Positions 46,603-56,826 of a stretch of 64,000 nt of DNA are shown here, one piece after another; within the stretch, counting starts at the first letter, position 1; each line of letters starts with the position of its first letter. Position numbers and translations under genes: made by a program. The DNA comes from Candidatus Latescibacterota bacterium. Its GTDB lineage: Bacteria; Latescibacterota; UBA2968; UBA8231. Below the pieces are notes generated by a model that searched no databases, was not told the DNA's origin, and saw nothing but the letters and a program-made list of their open reading frames with translations. Location of the stretch: NCBI GenBank assembly GCA_965217585.1, contig OZ244561.1, positions 1,152,001 to 1,216,000 of the forward strand, written 5' to 3'.

Positions 46603-49600
46603 ATGGCTAAACTACAACGAAATTATTCACAGAAGACATTAAAAATTCTGTTCGGTTTGAGTGGAAATCAATGCGCTCATCCAAAGTGTACGAATAATGT
46701 GATCGAGCCGGCCACTGAGAAATCTGACGCTGCTGTCATTGCTCAAATATGCCACATTTATGCGATTAGTGACGATGGCCCAAGAGGTAAGGCTGGAATT
46801 ACCAATGAAGAATTGAATTCTCCAGAGAATCTAATTTTACTTTGTCCGACTCATCATACGGTAGTGGATAATCAATATGAAACCTATCCGGCTGAAATGC
46901 TCAAACAGTGGAAGCAGGATCACGAATCTAAAGTGGTGAAGAATCGGCTCTCCGCCAGCCTAGATAATGTCTCTTCAAATATGTTTCATCATTCTTATTT
47001 TCCAACGGAGCTTGTTGACCAGAAAATTAAGGATGAGACCGATATACTCCGTAAATCTCGTTTTTTTGAAGATTTTGACAGGATTGGCTTTTCATTAACA
47101 CTCGCAAGAAAGCTGATAGAAGGTGAACTTTCGGGAGGAACGGATTCGGTAAGAAGTCAAGCATTAGCTTGGTGTGTGCGAATTCTGTCACGTACTAAAG
47201 AATTGGATAAAGCAGAAAAGTATCTCGAGTACGCGAAGAAATTAGGAACTTGTCAGGAAATAGATATAGCAGACGCCTTTATATCGTCACAGAAAGGCGA
47301 TAGAAAAGCTGCTCTAAGTTCTCTGGCTAATATCGACTCACCGATGTCTCGGTCCGCAGCGCTTATGATCGTTGCAAACCACGATGGCCCACAGGGAGCT
47401 CTTAACTGGTTAAAGACAGTCAATATAGACGCCACTGATCTGGACCCTGATGGTAAACGCTTCCTATTGGGATGTCAGCTTGAGCTCTCCGATTGGGAAA
47501 CAGCTCAGAAAAGTCTTGATGCGTTGACTGATGACGATTTACGCGCTGCCCCTGTTCTCCATCACATCGTAGCAATTACACACCTCCTTAAAGCAGTGCC
47601 TGTAGAATTGCGAGCCATTGTGCGTGATCAACCACCGTTTGAGGCGGCGGCTTTCCCTCTTGACTCGGGTCCTAATGGGATTGAAGCACGCCAGTTAGCG
47701 CACCGTATCTTTATCGACGCTGCGGAGGTTGCACGTCAACTAGACTGTCCCCTTGCAGAAAACATTGACGATGAGTATGCACTTTGGCTTGAACTTAAAG
47801 ATCCCGATCCCGATAAATGCGCTGAAGGAAGAAGGCGTCTGGAGTCCAAACTTCGCGATCTCAAGACCTATCTACGTCTTGTTCGTTTTGGTCTTCAATT
47901 CGGAATAAAATTGGATAATAAGGTGGTCGAACAGGAAATAGAACGACAAATTGCCCTTAACGGAAAAATTACCTATGACACCGCAATTGCTCGCTTTGCT
48001 CTAGTTCAAACACAACAGACACCGGAGGATGCCGCAAACTATATAGCTCAGTACCACGACGAATTTGCCGACTACATAGATAAGAAAATTATATTGTCTT
48101 TCCAAATTGAACTTTTTTTAAGAACAGGACAGCTTAATAAGGCAAATGAGTGCTTGGATACTCTTACAAGAGAGGGCCTTTCTGAGGCCGAGAAAAATAG
48201 ACTCCAGATAATAATTGCTCAAGCAGAAGGAGCTTCTCCGGTTGAGGCTCTCAAGAAACAGTTCAAGAAAACGAGCTCTCTAAGTGATTTGGGAATTCTC
48301 GTTGACGAACTCGAAACTAGAAATGACTGGAACGAAATTTGCGAGTATGGCAATATTCTGTTTGAGAGAACCCACGAATTACGCGACGCAGAGCGGTTGG
48401 CAATCGCTTTACACAATACACAGAAGCTGGAACGACTTGTAGAGTTTATAGAATCGAATAAGACACTTTTGTCAGAGTCCAAGCGACTCCAACTGATCCA
48501 TTGCTGGTCTTTATATAATGAGGGTGAACTACTAGAGGCTAGCTCTGAATTGACTAAACTGGACGATGATTGGGATAATGAGAACTACCGTACATTACAG
48601 ATTAATCTTGCAGTCTCTCTAGGAGACTGGAACTCTCTTTCTGCTTTTATCGCTAAAGAATGCAATGAGAAAGACAAGAGGAACGCTAAGGAATTAATAA
48701 CCGCTGCTCGACTGGCCCTTCATTTGGGCTCTATCCCCCATGCAGAAGAGTTGATATTTGCAGCGGCAGAGAGGGGGAAAGATGATGCCAATGTATTAGG
48801 ATCGGCTTACTTTCTTGCAGCAAGTGCCGGTCTAGAAGATGACCCGGAGGTCGCTCAGTGGATTCAGAAAGCCACCGTACTTTCTGGCGAGGATGGCCCA
48901 CTCCAGATGATGACACTGAGTAATTTATTGGACAAAAAACCCGAGTGGGATCGCCAAGCATCTGAGATATGGGAGATGTTGATCCGTAATGAGCTTCCGA
49001 TGTTTCTTGCAGCTCAATCCCTCAATAAGTCCCTTAGCGATTTGATGCTTTTTCCCGCTTTGGCTAACCCGTCGGAGAGCGATCCACGGTGCAGAGGTAT
49101 TATTCCCGCATATAGCGGCCAGCGGCAATCGCTATCCTTCGATACTGATAGGCAGATTGGAATAGATGCAACCGCATTACTCACCTTGAGCTTTCTGAAT
49201 CTGCTCGATGAGGCCCTGGACGCTTTTGATACAGTCCATATACCGCATTCAACTCTTGGTTGGCTTTTTGATGAGAAAAAGAGGGTTGCATTTCATCAGC
49301 CAAGTCGGATTAGAGACGCGGCTCAGATAAGTCGTTTGCTGACCAACGATGTATTAGAGAAACTCTCTCCGAGTACTGTGCCCAATAGTGATTTGTCCGT
49401 CCAAGTTGGAGAAGAGCTAGCACTGTTTATAGCGGAGGCGACAACGGAAAGACGCGAAGACGATTCACAGCACATAGTTGTTCAGCCGTCTCCAGTTCAT
49501 CTAATCGGATCCCTGATGGAAGAAGAAGCTGACTTAACAGCATACGCAACTGTGTTGAGTAGTTGCCAATCTATTGTGGACAAGTTGCGGCAAAAGGGCC

Positions 49601-50712
49601 AGATTACAGCGAATGAAGTACAGAAGGCACGAGCCTATTTGCAATTTCACGAGAAGCCGTGGCCAAATCAGCCGGAGATTGCTGATGGGGCAACACTGTA
49701 CCTCGATGATTTAGCTGTAAACTATTTCCTTCATATTGGGATACTGGAAAAACTACAAGCTGCCGGCTTCAGACTGATTATTTCGTCAACAAAAGAATCT
49801 GAAACAAATCAACTACTTTCTTATAAAAATATTTCTAGCAAGGCCAAGGACACCATAGAACGCATACGGTCTGCCGTTAATTCTCGGATAGAGTCAAAAA
49901 AAATAAAGGTAAGCAGGTCAACCAATGCCGATCCATCAACAGATAGGTCGATATCCGAACATCCAACCGCTGGTGTTTTCTCCTTGACGAAGGATTGTAA
50001 TGCAATCGTTACGGACGACAGATTCCTCAATCAACATGCCAACTTTGGTGCTGGCGACTCGTTCATGCCTATATTTTCAACATTGGATCTTATAGATGTG
50101 CTGGTCTCCACTGGTTCTAAAACGAATGAAGAACGAATGGAGTACAGAACTCGTCTCCGTCAGGCCGGATATATTTTTGTCCCTGTAAGCGAGGATGAAC
50201 TGGCGCATCATCTCAACACCTCTACCGTCGAGGATGATAAGATTGTTGAGACTGCTGAACTGAAAGCAATCCGGGAAAACATCCTTTGTGTTCGCATGCG
50301 TACTTGGCTTCAACTTCCGAAAGAGGCCCCTTGGCTCAATACGTCGCTAATAGCGTTTATCCGGGTAATGAAGAGCTTATGGAAAGCCGGTGCGGACTTT
50401 TCAAGTGTACGGGTTCGCTCCAATTGGATTATGAATCAGATTGATGTTCGCGGCTGGGCTTACTGTTTTGATAAAGAAAGTGGAGACAACATCGTCAAGA
50501 CAGGACGCGGCGCGTATATCCTATTGGTACTCACACCTCCTGATGACGTGCCACAGCAAGTTAAAGATGAATACTGGAGTTGGGTCGAAGAGATGGTTTT
50601 GACTCCGATCAAAGAACAATATCCCGATTTGTATTCTTGGATAGTAGAAGAACAACGAAGACTGATTGCAAGAGCGGCTGATATGGACATAACCGACGAG
50701 GAGGCGACGTGA
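46603..50712 (+). CDS. Large HNH nuclease - helical/TPR - PIN-like protein (candidate defence effector)
   Basis: N-terminal SGNQCAHPKC...ICHIYAIS..GPRG...NLILLCPTHHTVVD; long helical middle; C-terminal IDATALL...VHIPHST, LYLDDLAV and AIVTDDRFL PIN-like motifs. Confidence 0.75.
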   Translation: MAKLQRNYSQKTLKILFGLSGNQCAHPKCTNNVIEPATEKSDAAVIAQICHIYAISDDGPRGKAGITNEELNSPENLILLCPTHHTVVDNQYETYPAEMLKQWKQDHESKVVKNRLSASLDNVSSNMFHHSYFPTELVDQKIKDETDILRKSRFFEDFDRIGFSLTLARKLIEGELSGGTDSVRSQALAWCVRILSRTKELDKAEKYLEYAKKLGTCQEIDIADAFISSQKGDRKAALSSLANIDSPMSRSAALMIVANHDGPQGALNWLKTVNIDATDLDPDGKRFLLGCQLELSDWETAQKSLDALTDDDLRAAPVLHHIVAITHLLKAVPVELRAIVRDQPPFEAAAFPLDSGPNGIEARQLAHRIFIDAAEVARQLDCPLAENIDDEYALWLELKDPDPDKCAEGRRRLESKLRDLKTYLRLVRFGLQFGIKLDNKVVEQEIERQIALNGKITYDTAIARFALVQTQQTPEDAANYIAQYHDEFADYIDKKIILSFQIELFLRTGQLNKANECLDTLTREGLSEAEKNRLQIIIAQAEGASPVEALKKQFKKTSSLSDLGILVDELETRNDWNEICEYGNILFERTHELRDAERLAIALHNTQKLERLVEFIESNKTLLSESKRLQLIHCWSLYNEGELLEASSELTKLDDDWDNENYRTLQINLAVSLGDWNSLSAFIAKECNEKDKRNAKELITAARLALHLGSIPHAEELIFAAAERGKDDANVLGSAYFLAASAGLEDDPEVAQWIQKATVLSGEDGPLQMMTLSNLLDKKPEWDRQASEIWEMLIRNELPMFLAAQSLNKSLSDLMLFPALANPSESDPRCRGIIPAYSGQRQSLSFDTDRQIGIDATALLTLSFLNLLDEALDAFDTVHIPHSTLGWLFDEKKRVAFHQPSRIRDAAQISRLLTNDVLEKLSPSTVPNSDLSVQVGEELALFIAEATTERREDDSQHIVVQPSPVHLIGSLMEEEADLTAYATVLSSCQSIVDKLRQKGQITANEVQKARAYLQFHEKPWPNQPEIADGATLYLDDLAVNYFLHIGILEKLQAAGFRLIISSTKESETNQLLSYKNISSKAKDTIERIRSAVNSRIESKKIKVSRSTNADPSTDRSISEHPTAGVFSLTKDCNAIVTDDRFLNQHANFGAGDSFMPIFSTLDLIDVLVSTGSKTNEERMEYRTRLRQAGYIFVPVSEDELAHHLNTSTVEDDKIVETAELKAIRENILCVRMRTWLQLPKEAPWLNTSLIAFIRVMKSLWKAGADFSSVRVRSNWIMNQIDVRGWAYCFDKESGDNIVKTGRGAYILLVLTPPDDVPQQVKDEYWSWVEEMVLTPIKEQYPDLYSWIVEEQRRLIARAADMDITDEEAT

Positions 50713-52634
50713 TGAATAGTCCTTATGTCAGATCTGCATTGGCAAAGATGGCTTTGGAACTTGTTCCGCCGATCATACGTGATACTTTGCTTGAAGAATC
50801 GGGCTTTCGAGAAGAGTACGGTTTTATAACGGACCCTATTCTTTCCTTTTCCAATTCTGGTGTTTCATTTCAACGTTCTAGTTTGTACGATGCTGTCCGA
50901 AAGGTTCTTTCAGGTGCAGAAGAAAAGAAAGTGACCAATACAAAGGGACAAAAGTGGCGGCTAAAGAACATCAGCAAGAAAGGAGAGTGGCCGAATTTTG
51001 TGCTCTCTCGTGGCAAACAGTGTCTTCCCCTGCGTACTTTTACGGCACTTTCTCCAGATAGGGATACACGTCTACGTTTCCTTGGTGAAGCCGCTTCCGA
51101 CGTTAATCTGTCCAATATTGCATTGGCTCCATGGCGCAATATTCTTTCTGAACGTGCTCTCGAAGATGACGGGGTTGATGCGCTTCTCAGTGAATTTCGC
51201 GATACGCCAGTCGTAAAGACACGTTCCATAAGTAGGGATATTAGGGTAGGACAAGGGAGCATATCCTCGCTAGTTCCTCATTCTCGTAGATATTTTGAGA
51301 GACTTGTGGGCGTATATGACGGAAGCACCTCCATGCGCGATTATGCCTCCGATGGCGGCAGAAAGCTCTTTGAGCAACTGTCTGCATGGCGACCCTATGA
51401 TGGCTTTTTGTATAGTCTCTTCCTATCATCACATGCTTCGCTAACAGAAGAAATCAATGTCGATCAGTTGAATAGTGAGGACCTTGTACGCGCTTTTGAC
51501 TTCTTGGACAAGTATGGAGATAGAATCTCGCAGTTGGGTGCCATTGAAGTCGGCTTGCGCGTTCTCCCATCGAGACCTGAGATAGAACAGGCTCTTATTC
51601 GTCTCATTGAGCAGATTCGCGACGACGACGACGATGGACAAGCGAGCGGTTTCAAACTCCTCTCGGCATTGTTCCATCTTATTGATGGGGAGTTATCAAG
51701 GATCCGGCTGTTTTCAGTAGAGCCCCCTTTTTACAGAAGGTTAGCTGCCTTGTCGCAAGCCGCATTGATTCATCGCGAGCTTGTGAGTTTATCTGTTGAT
51801 ATTGATCGATTCAGTGAATGGGCGTTTAACAATCGTGGAGGATTCTATCTGCAATCGCTTGTCGATATGCGCTTGGAGCCGCGCTGGGATCCCGACTTTG
51901 CAATGGCTTCGCAAATGAAGGCCGATTTCTTTGGTCGTATCCTGAATGCAGCGAAGAAATACGACCAGAATATAACGGGTAGCCAGATATATGACTTGGT
52001 ACTCGGAGATGAGGCCGGAAGCCTTCAATCTCTTAGTAATCCCTTCTGCTCCTATTTGTCTGGCCCATTAGAGGGAAACCAAAACACTCAGCACATTTTG
52101 CCATCCAAATGCGCAGAGGAGATTGAGACACAACTCAGTGCAGAAGAAGTAGGGCCATCGTCGTTTCCCGCCCTTGTTAATCTCGCCTTGATTTACCCCA
52201 TTGGTGCAGACCAAGCTAAATTAGCGGCAACAGCACTGAAGCGGTCGAACTATCACCTACGGAACATAGAGACCAAATCGCAGCTTGCCGCTATATTAGA
52301 TGGTTTGGCTACTGTTGCCGCTGTTTCGAGAAGTCCCATGCTTGCGGACGAATTACAAATCCTTGTACGTAGATACAGGCACGATGCTGAGTATGCCTTA
52401 TCTATCCAAGAAGTCATAAGGATTTGCCTCATAGCCGCTGCAAGCCGTTCGGAACTGAGCGAATGGACAAAATTTGTTGGTGATTGGCTGACTGAACTCG
52501 CATTCAGTGATTTGAATGATGATGAATCACAAGGGTTTCATTCGTGTTTGAATTGTCTTTGTCATGCCGTTCCTGAGCTATGGGTCTCCTGCGGCAGAGC
52601 TGATGCTGCCTTGCTAGCATTTAAAGATAAGTGA
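50709..52634 (+). CDS. Hypothetical helical protein translationally coupled to the HNH-PIN gene
   Basis: 641-aa ORF overlapping the upstream stop (GTGATGA); same AT-rich composition. Confidence 0.75.
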   Translation: MMNSPYVRSALAKMALELVPPIIRDTLLEESGFREEYGFITDPILSFSNSGVSFQRSSLYDAVRKVLSGAEEKKVTNTKGQKWRLKNISKKGEWPNFVLSRGKQCLPLRTFTALSPDRDTRLRFLGEAASDVNLSNIALAPWRNILSERALEDDGVDALLSEFRDTPVVKTRSISRDIRVGQGSISSLVPHSRRYFERLVGVYDGSTSMRDYASDGGRKLFEQLSAWRPYDGFLYSLFLSSHASLTEEINVDQLNSEDLVRAFDFLDKYGDRISQLGAIEVGLRVLPSRPEIEQALIRLIEQIRDDDDDGQASGFKLLSALFHLIDGELSRIRLFSVEPPFYRRLAALSQAALIHRELVSLSVDIDRFSEWAFNNRGGFYLQSLVDMRLEPRWDPDFAMASQMKADFFGRILNAAKKYDQNITGSQIYDLVLGDEAGSLQSLSNPFCSYLSGPLEGNQNTQHILPSKCAEEIETQLSAEEVGPSSFPALVNLALIYPIGADQAKLAATALKRSNYHLRNIETKSQLAAILDGLATVAAVSRSPMLADELQILVRRYRHDAEYALSIQEVIRICLIAAASRSELSEWTKFVGDWLTELAFSDLNDDESQGFHSCLNCLCHAVPELWVSCGRADAALLAFKDK

Positions 52635-52644
52635 TAGCTGACAA

Positions 52645-52687
52645 TTTACTCAATATACTGAGTAAAATTACTCAAATAATTGAGCAA
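52645..52687. promoter_or_regulatory. Tandem operator-like palindromes TTACTCA-N6-TGAG(T/C)AA
   Basis: tttactcaatatactgagtaaa (52645-52666) and ttactcaaataattgagcaa (52668-52687), directly before the ATPase start. Confidence 0.55.
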
Positions 52688-52688
52688 A

Positions 52689-52991
52689 ATGACCTTCATC
52701 AGACCCCAAGCGTCCGAGCTAGCCCGGCGCTTAAAAGAACCCCGGCGGTTCATTCAAGTCGTCTCGGGAGCAAGGCAGGTCGGCAAAACAACCCTTGCCC
52801 TGCAAGTCGCCGAGCGGAGCAAATTGCCCTATCACGTCGCCAGCGCCGACGAGCCAACCCTGCGCGGTGCCGGGTGGATCGAATCGCAATGGGAAGAGGC
52901 CCGGCTGCTAGCCGATAACGCCAAGCGAAAGGGGGCCTTGCTCGTATTGGACGAGGTACACAAAGTTCCGCATAGAGCTGAAACCTATTAG
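52689..52991 (+). pseudogene. Truncated AAA-type ATPase (AAA_14/DUF4143-like)
   Basis: Walker A GARQVGKTT and Walker B LVLDEVHK, then a stop after ~100 aa. Confidence 0.8.
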
Positions 52992-53026
52992 CTTTGATCG
53001 GCAAATGATTCTTTAGGAGGGACGAC

Positions 53027-53275
53027 ATGCTCGATGTAAAGACGGAACTGCAAAAATTTGCTAAAGATGGGCAGTTCCTCGACGCCCATTACGAGGAGTT
53101 ATTAGAGCAGTACCCAGAACAGTGGGTGGCCGTATTTGACGAGCAGGTCGTCGGGGCTGGTTTCGACTTTGATCAGCTCTTGGACGACCTGAAAGCTCGT
53201 GGGCTACCACTAGGCCGAACAGTAATCGAGAAGGTCTCGGCCGAAAATGAAGTTTGGATCTTGGCCGTTCAATGA
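53027..53275 (+). CDS. Small DUF5678-like protein
   Basis: HYEELLEQYPEQWVAVFDEQVVG; AGGAGG RBS; precedes an aspartyl protease gene. Confidence 0.65.
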   Translation: MLDVKTELQKFAKDGQFLDAHYEELLEQYPEQWVAVFDEQVVGAGFDFDQLLDDLKARGLPLGRTVIEKVSAENEVWILAVQ

Positions 53276-53504
53276 TCCAAGGATATTTTCGCTCAACCGG
53301 CTCTGTAAAGCGGCCTTATGTGAACGGAGCCATTCATCTTCCCGAGATGGGCATCTCTGGAATAGACGTTCGATTCTTAATTGATACCGGCGCGGATCGC
53401 ACGTTGATGTCTTGGCGTATTTCGCGCTGTTCATGGAAGAGCGGACGAATAGGGTTCTGTTCTTGGAGCCGGCCGAAGCGGATAGGCTCGGCTTGCGTCC
53501 GTAG
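53272..53504 (+). pseudogene. Clan AA (retropepsin-like) aspartyl protease with deletion/frameshift
   Basis: RPYV...VRFLIDTGADRTL, then a frame change to a plausible C-terminus DVLAYFALFMEERTNRVLFLEP. Confidence 0.7.
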
Positions 53505-53634
53505 GCAAATTAAGGCGTTTAACTGCTAGCACCGTTTTACAAAACCGACGGCCCTGACCGAGGAACCCGGCAGCGGGAAGTTGCTCAACTTGACTGGTAC
53601 TTGACTGGTCAGAGCCTAAAACAGGAACAAAACC

Positions 53635-56600
53635 ATGCCCACCTTCCCCTTCAGCGAAAAACACCTCTCCCAGATCCCCGCCCTACAACAGCTAATCAAC
53701 CTAGGCTACCAGTATCTCCCCCCCTCCCAAGCAATGACGGAACGCGGCGGTCGCGCCTCCAACGTCCTCTTGGAAAACATCCTGCGCGACCAGCTCAAAA
53801 AAATAAACCGCATCCGCTACAAAGGCGGCGAATATCTGTTCAGCGAGGAGAACATTCAGTCCGCCATCCAGAAACTCAAAACCGTCCAATACGACGGCCT
53901 GCAAAAGACAAACGAAGTAATCTACGACCTGATGACCCTCGGCACGGCGCTTGAACAAACGATCGAAGGCGATTCCAAAAGTTTTACGCTGAACTATATC
54001 GACTGGAAAAATCCCGCTAACAACGCATTCCACGCCGTAGCGGAATTCTTCGTTGAACGCGCCCGCAGAACAGAGACCGCAAGACCCGACATCGTCCTGT
54101 TCGTGAACGGCATCCCCTTAGTCGTGATCGAGTGCAAAGCCCCCGATACGGACGCAGAGCAAGCGGTATCTCAAATGATCCGCAACCAAGGCGAGGAATA
54201 CATCCCGCGGCTTTTCACGTACGCACAAGTTCTACTGGCCGTAAACAAAAACGAGGCCAAATACGCAACAGTAGGCACTTCAAAGGAGTTCTGGAGCGTC
54301 TGGGACGAGTTGGAAGATGCTGAGCGCGACGTAAACGCCTGCATCAATAAAGCGCTTTCCAGCGGAGACAAAGACACCCTGTTCTCCGGTGAGTTCGCCT
54401 CGGCGCGGTCGCACTTTGACGCACTTGAGTGCAGCGATGACCGACTGGTCACGGAACAGGATCGCTGTCTCTACAGTTTGTGCCGACCCGAGCGCCTGTT
54501 GGAGCTAATCTTCGATTTTATAGTCTTTGACGTGGGCAGCAAAAAAATTGCCCGCTACCAGCAGTTCTTCCTAGTTCGTGCAGCCATGAATCGCGTCAAG
54601 CAAAGAGACAACGAAGGTCGCCGCATGGGCGGTATCGTCTGGCACACGCAGGGTTCCGGGAAGTCCATTACCATGGTCATGCTGACCCGTGCCCTATCCT
54701 TGGACCCAGAGCTGACCAGCCCGCGAATGATCCTAGTTACAGACCGCAAAGACTTGGACAAACAACTAGGCAATACCTTCGCAGCCTGTGGTCTGGACAA
54801 GGAGCGGGCGACATCCGGCCGCAATCTGATCAGACACATCAAGAACAGAGTGGGCATCATCACCACGCTGATCAATAAGTTCGACAAGGCGCTTTCGGCT
54901 GAGAAATACGTGGACGATTCCGCCGATATTATCGTCCTCGTGGACGAAAGCCACCGCACAAACTTTGGCTCCCTAGCAGCACGCATGAGACAAATGCTGC
55001 CCAATGCCTGCTATATCGGTTTTACGGGGACGCCGTTGCTCAAAGAAGAAAAGAATAGCTTTGCCCGATTCGGCGGTTTGATTGAACCGCATTATTCCGT
55101 CCGGCGAGCAATCGAGGACAAGGCGGTGGTCCCTCTGCTTTACGAAGGGCGGCACGTGGAGATGGAGCAGAATCAGGCCGCCATTGACCTCTGGTTCGCG
55201 CGCCATACCGAAGATTTAGCAGACGAACAAAAAGCGGACCTGAAGCGAAAATACTCGCGTGCCCGAGAGTTGAGTAAAACCGATCAGGTCGTCTATATGT
55301 GCGCGTTTGATATTAGCAGACATTTCCAGACTAGTTGGCAAAACACGGGATTTAAGGCGCAGCTTGTAGTGGATAGCAAGACGACCGCGCTCAAGTATCA
55401 CGAATATCTCAATGAGATAGGTGCGGTCTCATCGGAGGTCGTCATCTCCCCACCGGATACGAGGGAAGGACATGAGGAAGTAGGCGCGGGGACGACAAGC
55501 GAGGTGAGCAAGTTCTGGGACAAAATGATGGCCCGTTATGGCTCCGAGGATCAATACAACAAGCAAATCATCGCTCAGTTCAAGAACTCGGACAGGCCGG
55601 AAATTCTGATCGTAGTGGACAAACTCATCACGGGGTTTGACGCACCTCGCAATACCGTGCTCTATCTGTGCCGCAAGTTGCGCGAACACACGCTGCTCCA
55701 AGCGATTGCCCGCGTAAATCGCCTACACGAGGGCAAGGAGTTCGGCTATATCATCGACTATGCCAATGTGCTGGGCGAACTGGACAAGGCGCTACACACC
55801 TATGACGCGCTTGCGGGTTTTGACGGAGACGACCTTGCGGATTTCCTGACCTCCATCCATGAAGAAGTGTCAAAGCTGCCGCAGCGCTACTCAGACCTGT
55901 GGGACATCTTCAAGGAAATCAAAAACTCCCGCGATGAAGAACGCTACGAAGTGCTGCTGGCCGATAATGCAGTGCGGGATGAGTTTTACGCGCGCCTCAC
56001 GGAATACGGCAAGAACCTTGCCATTGCGCTTTCAGCCGAGCAGTTCATTATGCAGATCGACGAGGAGCAACTAAATCGCTACAAAAACGATCTCAAGCGT
56101 TTCCAGAAACTGAGATCGGCAGTCCAACAGCGCTACGCCGAAACCATTAATTATCGCGACTATGAACCCCGGATTAAAAAATTGCTGGATACGCATATTC
56201 AGGCTAACGAAGTCACTCGGTTAAACGACCCCGTGAATATGTTTGACGATAAGACCTTCTCTATGGTCAAAGAGGAACGAGGCGTCTATCAAGCCAAGAC
56301 TACAGCGGCAAGGGCCGATATTATCGCCCATTCGGCCAAGCGCACAATTACTGAAAACATGAACAAAGACCCGGCTTTTTACGAGAAGTTCTCAAAGCTC
56401 ATTCAAGACGCAATTGACGGTTTCAGGAATCAGCGCATCTCAGACCTTGAGTATTTGCAAAAGGTGAGTGCTATCCGCGATGAGGTCGCCAACACACAAC
56501 GCGACGATGTCCCCGACTCCATCCGCGATAACGAGGAGGCCAGCGCGTATTTTGGCGTGATCAAACCTTGTCTGACTGAGGTGGGTGAAAGCCGTGTTGA

Positions 56601-56826
56601 CTATGTCGCCGCAGAAACGGCGCTTGCCGTCAAAAGCGCGCTAGAAAAAAATTGGAAGGTGGACTTTTGGAACGATAGCGACGCGCAAAACGCCGCAAAA
56701 AACGAGATGGATGATTTCTTTTACGACGTGGTAAAAGATGGGCATGGCATTGATTTATCGTCGGAACAGATGGACGAAATGATCAGCCAAACAATGCAGA
56801 TAGCCAAATCCTGGAGATGCTCTTAA
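53635..56826 (+). CDS. hsdR: Type I restriction endonuclease subunit R
   Basis: RPDIVLFVNGIPLVVIECK, WHTQGSGKS, DESHR, FTGTP, LITGFDAP and QAIARVNR motifs. Confidence 0.97.
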   Translation: MPTFPFSEKHLSQIPALQQLINLGYQYLPPSQAMTERGGRASNVLLENILRDQLKKINRIRYKGGEYLFSEENIQSAIQKLKTVQYDGLQKTNEVIYDLMTLGTALEQTIEGDSKSFTLNYIDWKNPANNAFHAVAEFFVERARRTETARPDIVLFVNGIPLVVIECKAPDTDAEQAVSQMIRNQGEEYIPRLFTYAQVLLAVNKNEAKYATVGTSKEFWSVWDELEDAERDVNACINKALSSGDKDTLFSGEFASARSHFDALECSDDRLVTEQDRCLYSLCRPERLLELIFDFIVFDVGSKKIARYQQFFLVRAAMNRVKQRDNEGRRMGGIVWHTQGSGKSITMVMLTRALSLDPELTSPRMILVTDRKDLDKQLGNTFAACGLDKERATSGRNLIRHIKNRVGIITTLINKFDKALSAEKYVDDSADIIVLVDESHRTNFGSLAARMRQMLPNACYIGFTGTPLLKEEKNSFARFGGLIEPHYSVRRAIEDKAVVPLLYEGRHVEMEQNQAAIDLWFARHTEDLADEQKADLKRKYSRARELSKTDQVVYMCAFDISRHFQTSWQNTGFKAQLVVDSKTTALKYHEYLNEIGAVSSEVVISPPDTREGHEEVGAGTTSEVSKFWDKMMARYGSEDQYNKQIIAQFKNSDRPEILIVVDKLITGFDAPRNTVLYLCRKLREHTLLQAIARVNRLHEGKEFGYIIDYANVLGELDKALHTYDALAGFDGDDLADFLTSIHEEVSKLPQRYSDLWDIFKEIKNSRDEERYEVLLADNAVRDEFYARLTEYGKNLAIALSAEQFIMQIDEEQLNRYKNDLKRFQKLRSAVQQRYAETINYRDYEPRIKKLLDTHIQANEVTRLNDPVNMFDDKTFSMVKEERGVYQAKTTAARADIIAHSAKRTITENMNKDPAFYEKFSKLIQDAIDGFRNQRISDLEYLQKVSAIRDEVANTQRDDVPDSIRDNEEASAYFGVIKPCLTEVGESRVDYVAAETALAVKSALEKNWKVDFWNDSDAQNAAKNEMDDFFYDVVKDGHGIDLSSEQMDEMISQTMQIAKSWRCS

